This document shows positions 30,601-38,000 of a stretch of 64,000 nt of DNA, in pieces. The notes under the pieces were generated by a model. The model was given only the letters and a program-made list of their open reading frames with translations. It made no database searches and had not been told where the DNA came from. Position 1 is the stretch's first letter; the number at the start of each line of letters is the position of its first letter. The position numbers and the translations under genes were made by a program. The stretch lies in IMG/VR virus record IMGVR_UViG_3300023210_000015, positions 32,001-96,000 of that record; one strand, written 5' to 3'. This stretch comes from a virus.

Positions 30601-31000
30601 TATGCCGAATCAGCCGCAACCTTTCGTGATTGATTTCGCCTATCCAGATGTTGGGGTTGGCGTTGAGACTGATGGAGAAATTTGGCATGAACAGGCAACG
30701 TCCAGAGCTAGAGATCAGCAAAGAGATCAAAAACTTGCCAATGTTGGATGGCGTATATTGAGATTCAATGAAACTGCGGTTAATGACCATATAATTGATG
30801 TCTCTAAAATTATTTATAATAATGTGATGCAGGCAACAAAAGAAAGAAATGCCAGAAATAAAAAAGCTGGTAAAGATGAAAAGTTGATTAAAGAAGCCCA
30901 ACAGCTATTAACATTTGAAAACATAAAAGAGGAAGATTTGAAATTTCAAAGAATAGACATGGAGAATAATCTAGGTTATATAGTTTTGGTTGGGGTATAA
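27605..31000 (+). CDS. Portal protein with intein and C-terminal DUF559-like nuclease domain
   Basis: Position between terL and the protease; portal-like WARFYYENEP..IDFYSQFP..LLGDVF..LNPD..YGTSLV..PVRVVKIG; GGM/Pro linker; IDFAYP..VETDG..WH..RDQQRD..GWRILRF. Confidence 0.85.
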   Translation: MPIKFSMNDRKPQNTGHSTTSRGYHSAGSPSSVVDNGRYVSGMVAQTPITQSFSSKTAQTMSSGGGSAANVMYGQPMFFSPLHTPQNWQIASKRREIYQWARFYYENEPKISAGIDFYSQFPMNGFTLECKDKKILNFFNRTSKRVKLNYWVKAISFENFLLGDVFPFVEYECEHCGGSGYKSNGEVCNHPGGTIKSIKILNPDWITVHSSPMASDPVYVLEPDDELKSIVASKRPVEIYEKMPPGLIQAISSGQPIRLSNRCISHVKHQGSTYGTYGTSLVRRNFTYLAYKTKLMTANWIVAERLVLPVRVVKIGSENRPATQADIADVSNQIAAVVNDPNLTLVTHHNFEYEWYGACYDQNTKVLTNKGLQKYTDIIHEEVGIDGEIVKKINDDVDIMVFDPKTGKMRLEKPIEFHEYDYNGWMNHITGNKVDMCVTPNHTMLGYKRDKKTAYSMEAKDFYKLNECDRYVRCCGDFATDTKKTIKIGDYEFDTDNFLKFLGYFLSEGYTTYNTEKFQYVLSVSQSNIKNANICKEIDDCFNGLNMSFKKYDNKKGMYAWNIMSKDFVKEMKKYFGKNAYTKKIPDFIKNLPPRQLKILIDAFCKGDATYYNYKHGTTGVQIGTVSEQLSVDLLEILFKAGFSPILSNYKKKNPSGSISHMIYCNLSEESKGRFPRIKDKHCQTEYYDGKVWCFETSTGFFVTERNGKFAIQGNTGKIHQITNELEQIGKEILDGFMLNQAILNGEMGGYSSAQVGIEVMIHRLESWRNSLSEWVENNIFLPIAMMQGFKDVDESKEAGETVWLYPKLKWNDLNLRDRTSYRQVLIQLHDKGLISTQTLLEEFDIDYDQEIQRRREETALATESGQFLGQPPAAGGMGGMPPMGGDLGGGMPPMGGDLGGGMPPAGGEMGGMPGGEMGGMPVAPAGGAVAAAAQPVSPPPNFMVQKRGKGQSAQEQMQPVQPNIKPMPLTTLEQSMLKALRNMSDKIPYQLFGQYKVAMPNQPQPFVIDFAYPDVGVGVETDGEIWHEQATSRARDQQRDQKLANVGWRILRFNETAVNDHIIDVSKIIYNNVMQATKERNARNKKAGKDEKLIKEAQQLLTFENIKEEDLKFQRIDMENNLGYIVLVGV
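28679..29749 (+). mobile_element. Intein with LAGLIDADG endonuclease in the portal
   Basis: C1 CYDQNTKVLT, VTPNH, FLGYFLSEG and AFCKGDA, KVWCFET..QGN followed by T+1. Confidence 0.9.
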
Positions 31001-31001
31001 T

Positions 31002-31427
31002 ATGTCTTTCAATTTAACAAAACAGGCTGGTGGTCCAAAGCGGATCAGAGATCGCGGTATTCGATGGCACGAAGCATATCACGAAAAGTCTAAAGGTGTG
31101 AAGAAAAAATTTAACAAAGAACTTGGTGAAGGTTCTTATTATCGCTGGGAAGGTCACGACTATACTACATTTAGTGATTATTTTGTAGTTGTTGGACCAG
31201 CCAAACAAAGATATGGTCAAAAATCATATTTCGCTGGTATTAAAAAATTACCGCCACGAGGAAGTCGTAAAAAAGTTTATGCACCATCTGGTGAGTATTT
31301 TTCTACAATTCTTTCTGCTCTAAGTCATGCTAGTAAAATGTGGGGTCTTCCTTTTCCTAAAAATCAGCACAATTATACTGCCGATGATTTGGAAAACATT
31401 TATATCCCACGACACGTTAAAGGATAA
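31002..31427 (+). CDS. Basic hypothetical protein (MSFNLTKQA leader)
   Basis: ATG directly after the portal stop. Confidence 0.7.
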   Translation: MSFNLTKQAGGPKRIRDRGIRWHEAYHEKSKGVKKKFNKELGEGSYYRWEGHDYTTFSDYFVVVGPAKQRYGQKSYFAGIKKLPPRGSRKKVYAPSGEYFSTILSALSHASKMWGLPFPKNQHNYTADDLENIYIPRHVKG

Positions 31428-31638
31428 AAAATCCCGCAAACAAAAAGAGGATTTTTCTATCATCTTGTGTAATATGGAATTAAGCGAGACGCCCGAATTG
31501 TAATTATGCACTAGAACGAAAAGGGAACAAATAGTCCTTAAAGTTTGATTAAATAGCAGATTTAAGCCCTTTTAAGAAATCGCAGTCAAGATGAACAGTA
31601 AACACGAAACTATTTTTTACACTGCGAAAGGGTAAAAT
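31426..31638 (+). promoter_or_regulatory. Late-type promoter plus structured 5' leader
   Basis: AGAGGATTTT..GTAATA motif; stems AAAAGGG/CCCTTTT, TCGCAGT/ACTGCGA and TGTGTAAT/ATTATGCA. Confidence 0.45.
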
Positions 31639-31998
31639 ATGATAGGGGCAACTAAAAAAACAGAGCCTAAAAATAAAAAGGGAGTCAAAGGAACTAGTGG
31701 TAATGGAGATTCCTTTAGACTTTCCGGCGGCGGTATGAAATTTGTTACATTAGTCATTGTGTGTATTTTAGCTATTGGAAGTACAGTTTATAATATCGCT
31801 AGTGCTTATGGCCAAATCGATACAATAAAAAATCATCAAGAAATACATTGTAAAAAATTTGATGATGTCGATAAACATGTAGAAAGAAATGAAAACAAAA
31901 TAGATCGTATGGCTGAAAAACAAGCAGAGATGGCTGGCGACGTAAAAGTTATTAGAACTTTATTAGAACAAGCCACGAAACCAACACCTAATAAATAA
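31639..31998 (+). CDS. Single-TM, coiled-coil membrane protein (holin/XhlA-like)
   Basis: Hydrophobic FVTLVIVCILAIGSTVYNIA followed by a heptad-rich tail. Confidence 0.5.
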   Translation: MIGATKKTEPKNKKGVKGTSGNGDSFRLSGGGMKFVTLVIVCILAIGSTVYNIASAYGQIDTIKNHQEIHCKKFDDVDKHVERNENKIDRMAEKQAEMAGDVKVIRTLLEQATKPTPNK

Positions 31999-32009
31999 GG
32001 AAATTATTC

Positions 32010-35000
32010 ATGATTATTAAACATGCTATTCGTTTAGTTGACGGAACTCTTGAGGCTCTGAATAAACCTGATTGGTATGAGTATAATATGAGTCGTGTTA
32101 AGTTTGCTTCTATCCAAAAAGATAAAAATGATCTTGGTGGATTTGATTTAGAATCAGCAGTAAAAGAAAGTCCAGACTTTCTTTTTGTTAAAGTTTTTGC
32201 AATTAAAGAAGATGAAGTTAACGATAATGGTGATGCATTTTCTAGTATGGAACTAAAAAAAGCGGCTAAAAGCTTTATCGGAGTTCCTATATTCACAAAT
32301 CATCAAAACGATGATGTAGAGAAAGCAAAAGGACAATGTGTACACGCATGGTATGACAAAAATGCAGAAGGTATTTGGATTATATCAAAAATAGATAGAG
32401 TTGCTTATCCTCAATTAGCTCGTGGAATAGAAGAAAAATATGTGGCAGGAACCAGCATGGGGGCCATGTCAGGTGACGCAGAAATTCTAATGTCTGATTA
32501 TTCTAAGAAAAGAATTTCTGATGTAGAAATAGGTGAAAAGGTTATTACACATTTAGGAAATTGCTGTAAGGTAGAAGAAGTACATAGTGATTTTATAGAT
32601 GAGCATTTGTTAAAATTTGATTTAGGCAATTTGGCCAATAGCCCATTGTTTACTCAAGACCATCCAATTTTTTCTATTAATGGAAAAACCATTCGAGAGC
32701 AGAAGAAAAATAATAAAGATTGGAGATCGTACCCATATGATTGTATTTTTAGAGAAGCAAAAGATTTGAAACTTGGTGATTACGTTCTTATACCATCTGC
32801 TCATAAAATGGTTAAAGAAAATGAATTCGATTTAGATTTTTATTATCTTCTAGGGGCATTTGCTGGTGATGGTTACATAAAATTTAACAGAGGAAAAATA
32901 GAAGGTTTTGGTTTCTGTTTTGGCAATCAAGATATTGCTTTAATAAGTAAAATTAAAAACATTTTAAGTCAATATACTGATTTTGATATCAAAGAAAAAA
33001 TTATTGAATCAAGAAATGGTGTTTACCTTTCTATATATGACAGAAAATTAGCTAATAAATTAAACACTTTAATTGGGCATGGAGCGTATACTAAACGAAT
33101 AAAAATTAAAGAATTTAGCGAAAATGCTATTAAGCAATTTATATCTGGCTATATAGATACAGACGGTTGTTCAGTTAAAGATTATACAGATTGTAAAAAT
33201 GATATTAGAGGTTTTCAAATTTCTAGTTGTAATAAAAACTTATTAGAAAGCGTTCGATCTATGCTCGTTTTGATTGGTTGTCCCGCCGGAATCATGACCA
33301 ATATTAGAAAACCCAATAAAAATAGTGTAGTGGATATCGAAACCATAGAACATACTTTATTTATAAACTTGTTTACTTCTTCTAGGTTTAAAAACTCCAT
33401 AAAGGTTGCCCAAAAATTAAATGGATATGAAGCTTCTTATTGTAATACTCCTAACATGATTTATCGAGTAGGAGATCAAAATTATATTGCGGCAAGAATT
33501 AAGGGCGTAATTTTAGTTGATAATTACGATAATGAAGTTTATGATTTGACTGTTGAAAAAGATGCTAGTTATATCGCTAATAATATAGCTGTTCACAATT
33601 GTTCTGTAGAATACTCTGTATGTTCGATATGCCACAACAAAGCTCATACTGCTGATGAGTATTGTGATCACATCAAAAACCACAAAACCAGAAAAGTAAG
33701 CGAAACTACAGAATGTCAATATCATAAAAGTCCAAACAAACCAATAGATGATTGTCCAGTTTGCGGCAAAAAACACAATGAATCTAAGAAATTATCACAC
33801 AAAGAAGCCCAGGTATTTGAGTGGAACTACGATGTAAAGTTTATCGAAGATTCTTTTGTTGTAAATCCTGCATGTCACACTTGCAATGTGAATGGGATTT
33901 TGAATCCTAATGGCATGAATAGAAAAGTGGCTACTATTAGAGATAGGATTGGAAAATTGGAAAAAGCAGCAAGTTCTGAAAATGATTGGTGTTTGGAAAA
34001 AACTGCTGGCGAAAGAGAACTGAAATACTTGACTGATGCAATGGATAAAATAGAAACCGTGGCTAAAAGCATGATGAGTCAAAAGAAACAGATTTCTATG
34101 GAGTATGTAAGTGATTTAGTTGATGTTTTAGCCAGTGTACAGGCTACTTTGGATGAATTGGAAGAAATGGGATATGCTCAACTTCCGTCTCCAAGTGTAC
34201 AGTCTGTTGAAGATGTCGAACTTCCGAAAGAAGCGGAAGAAGAGACAGAAATACAACCACAATCTCAAGCGGTTCAACCTCTAAATGCGGCCCCAACTAT
34301 TCCACCGGCAGGACAACCACCAGTACAACAGGTCGCTCCGGGAATTGAGAGCGAACAATTGGGAGATTTAGGGAGCGTAACTCGACCTAAGTTCTCTGAA
34401 ACAATCGAGATAAAAAAGAAGGATTTTCTGAGAGCTTCCAGTAGTATTATAGATAGACTTGATAAAATTCAGGAAAATTATACAAAATTAGAAAAAAACT
34501 CTGAAGCTAATCAAACAAAAATAGATAAGGAGTCTATTACTATGGCAAATAAAACAGGTAACGACCAAAATGAAAATGAAAAAGTAGCAGAACATGATCT
34601 AAATGTTATTACAGAAAAGCAGTTAGATGATGCCGAATTCACTGGTGAACGTACAAATGATTCTCCTAACGTCATCACTGAAAAGCAACTAGATAACCCT
34701 AAAGATGTCAATGTAACCACTTCTAAGACTCCACAGGAGCGTTCTGGTTCTTATGACGTTATCACAGAAAAGCAACTGGCTTCTATTAAGGAAGGTTATG
34801 TCGTGCGTTGGAATGATTTCCCCAACGTAATCACTGAAAAACAGTGGACAGACATGAGCAGATTGCTTGGTTCTGAACTTTCCAATGACCAAAGTAACCG
34901 TATTACTGAGAAACAGTTAACTGATTTTATGTCTAAGCATAAATACGTTAGTCCTACTGTTATCTATGAGAAACTTTTGAATGGTCAAGATGGAGAGTTG

Positions 35001-38000
35001 GCTCGTTGGGCTTCGGCGGATACCAATACTTTGGTTAAAATCGCTGAAAATGTCATTGCTGACGCGATTGCGTATTATGGCAAGACACCTGATGAGATCA
35101 GAAAAGCTGCTTCTACCATTGATAACAACGGTAATAATCAAGAAAAAGCGGCTTTCCTAGTCGTTATCAACTCTTTAGCTCATAAAGCAGATGCTCGTGA
35201 AAGCGAAAGAGTCCGTTACAACTATCTAAGTAAACTATCTTCTTCTGCGATTAATACTCCTTCGGCTGTTGATGCGTTGGTAATCGCTATGAGCGACAAT
35301 ATCGCTGATCAAGATGCCTTTGAATTAATTGAAGTTGTTAATCATGTAGCCAAATCTAAAGTGGCTATTAAGAGAATCGAAGCCATCGCCAAGTCTAAGT
35401 TGTCTGGCGAAGGCGAAGATAAGAAGGTTGTTAGCAAACAAGCAGCTATCGAAGAGGCAATTGCCAATTTGAATAAAGCTGATGATGGTAAATACCGTAT
35501 CGTTGCTAATTTCGGCAGCGAAAATGATAAAGACGTTGACCTCCATGTGAGTCCTGAGAACAAAACGGCGTTTACAAGTGCTGTTTATAAATTTGCCAAC
35601 GACGCAATCGCAGAAGAAGTTGGCACTGAAGTAGATACCGCACTTCTAGATGTTAATGTAGATAGCGGCAATAATGTTGTTGTTGCTACTCTGAAAGATG
35701 TTTCTGTTCTTACGGACGAAGAGAAAACGAGTTGGGATAAGGTGGCACAGAGTTTACAAAGTCTTGTTGAAGACCCCACTAAGCCATCTCGTAGTTTCCT
35801 TCCAGATGCTGAGACACCGCTAGCTAAAGAAGGACTAGATATCCTTCCGGAACCCGGTGAAGAAGAATTAGCAATTGGTGTTGACGATATAGACCTAGAG
35901 GGTGTAGACCTAGATTTGGAACTTGACGTAAGTGGTGCCCCTGGCAGTCTTAATGAGGAACTGTTCGAAGGTGAAGGAAAAGACATGCTCATGGGCGATG
36001 AAGAAGTTATTAAAGATATGTCCATGGGAACTGAAGACGAAATGGCACTTGACATTGAAGATGCTCGCGGCGGTCCAGTTTTTGCTTCTAGAAAAGACAA
36101 ACGTGATGGAATGGTTAAAGAAGCACAGCTACTTGGCGGCGAAATGGGCGGTCAAGGCGGTGCGGCTCAAGGTCCAGGTGCCGGTGCAGGACTGCCTCAA
36201 CCTCCTGCTGGCGGCGAAGCTCCATTGGAGAGTTTCGAAGGTTCTGACCTTGGTGGCGAATTTGAGGACGAGGGTGATTTACAACCTAAACCACCTGGCT
36301 CGATTTGTCCAGTTTGCAGTAGCGAGAATGTAGATATCATCAAGGGCGAGGGCAAATGTAATAACTGTACTTCTGAATTTAAGTACAAAGTTGCTATTGA
36401 GGTTACAAAGTGGGCTGATCTGCTTGAAGACCAAGATAATGGCGACGAGGAAGAAGATATTGAGGGCGAAGGCTTCGAAATCGAAGAAACACCTGAAGCT
36501 GCTGCCCCTCCTGCTGCTCCTGCCCCTCCTGCCGCTGCTCCTGCTCCTGCCCCAATGCCTGGTGCAGCAAGCACTGATAATGACAAAATACAAAAATTCG
36601 CAAGCGTTGACAGATTTGCGTCAATGACTGTTATCAAACCAGAAGCTATTAAGGTTGCTAAAGAAGCTGGCATTGAGCTAGGTACTGTTAGCCCTGTAAC
36701 TGGTTCTGCAAATACTATGAAATTGGAAGATGGAAGACGTTTCTGCTTGGATACGGGTACTCCTTATTCTGTAGAATATGCAGTTGATAAAAATGATCCT
36801 AAGAAAGTATATGCTCAGTGGTCTTGGAAGCCTCCAGTTGATGAAGGATGTTCGGAATGTGCGAAGAGTCATCAACAGTTCGTTGAGTCTCTAAGTACAA
36901 TGAACATTACAGAAGATCAGTTCGATTCTATGGGACTGAAAGAGAAGGGCGAAACTATTTTGAGCATGAAACAAGCTGGATTGCTTAAACAGATTAAAAC
37001 CGCTTCTGCGGAAACAAACAATATGATTAAGAAAGCAACAGTTACCTTGGGCGATAATTTCCCAATGGAATCTTGTGTTGAAAAACTAGCTCGTCGTTAT
37101 GGCGAAGACGCATTGGCATTAAGTGGCCCTTGTGAGGGTAAGCCTCTTGCTGATTGCATCTGTGCTTCGCTTAAACGTTCTGGCATGTACTCTAGTAGGT
37201 TGGCTAATAAGGTCGCCAGCATCTGGTCTGATAAAGAAGCTTCCACCGAATGCCTAGAAGATTATGTAAGAATGGGATTCGAGTTGAAGGAAGCCGCTGC
37301 TGTTTGCCAAGCTTTGAAGACCAAGTATGCGTCTCCTAAAGATGTATACGCACAGCAGTTAGGCGAAATCATCGAACAGGACGAAGAAGTTGATGTTCCT
37401 GTTGCTGATGATGAAGTCGGAGTAACAGACTTGGGTGATGAAGACCCATTTGATGGAGAAGAGGTCGAAGGTGCTGGCGATGTGACAATTACATTGCCTG
37501 GCGAGGTTGTAGAGCAGCTTGACGCGGCTCTAGATACTGCTTTGGGCGAAACTCCAGAAGAAGAGGCTCATCACGAAGAGGGTATTGATGTTACAGAAGA
37601 CGTAGGTGGACCGGCTGAAGAGGCCGTTGATGTTGCAGAAGGAGCAGAAGAGATGGTGCCAATGGAAGGCGGCGAAGTCGGCGAAAGCAAAGACATGGGT
37701 GGCGAAGTTGTTGAAATCGGCATCGAAGACGGTGGAGAAGAAGTTGGTGGCATCGGTGAAGTTGGCGAAGTTGTAGAAGACGAAGTTGGCGAAGTTGTAG
37801 AAGACGAGGGTGAAATTGGTGGCGATATCGGCGAAGATATCGCTGACGAAACAGCGGCCCCACAGGGGTTGGCTGAAGTAGTTGAAGAGGTTGTAGAAGC
37901 TGTAGAAGAAGCTGTAGAAAAGGTTAAAGAAATTATTGACGAAAAAAATGGTGTTGAAGAAGAAGGAATTTTAGAAGAAGATGAGAATAGTGAAGGAAAT

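Noticed and set aside
10430-37810. Tandem repeats (10430, 17165, 23253, 30235, 37760) as CRISPR arrays or DGR repeats
   Set aside because: All are in-frame coding repeats with unit lengths divisible by 3 and no spacers; there is no cas or reverse-transcriptase gene.
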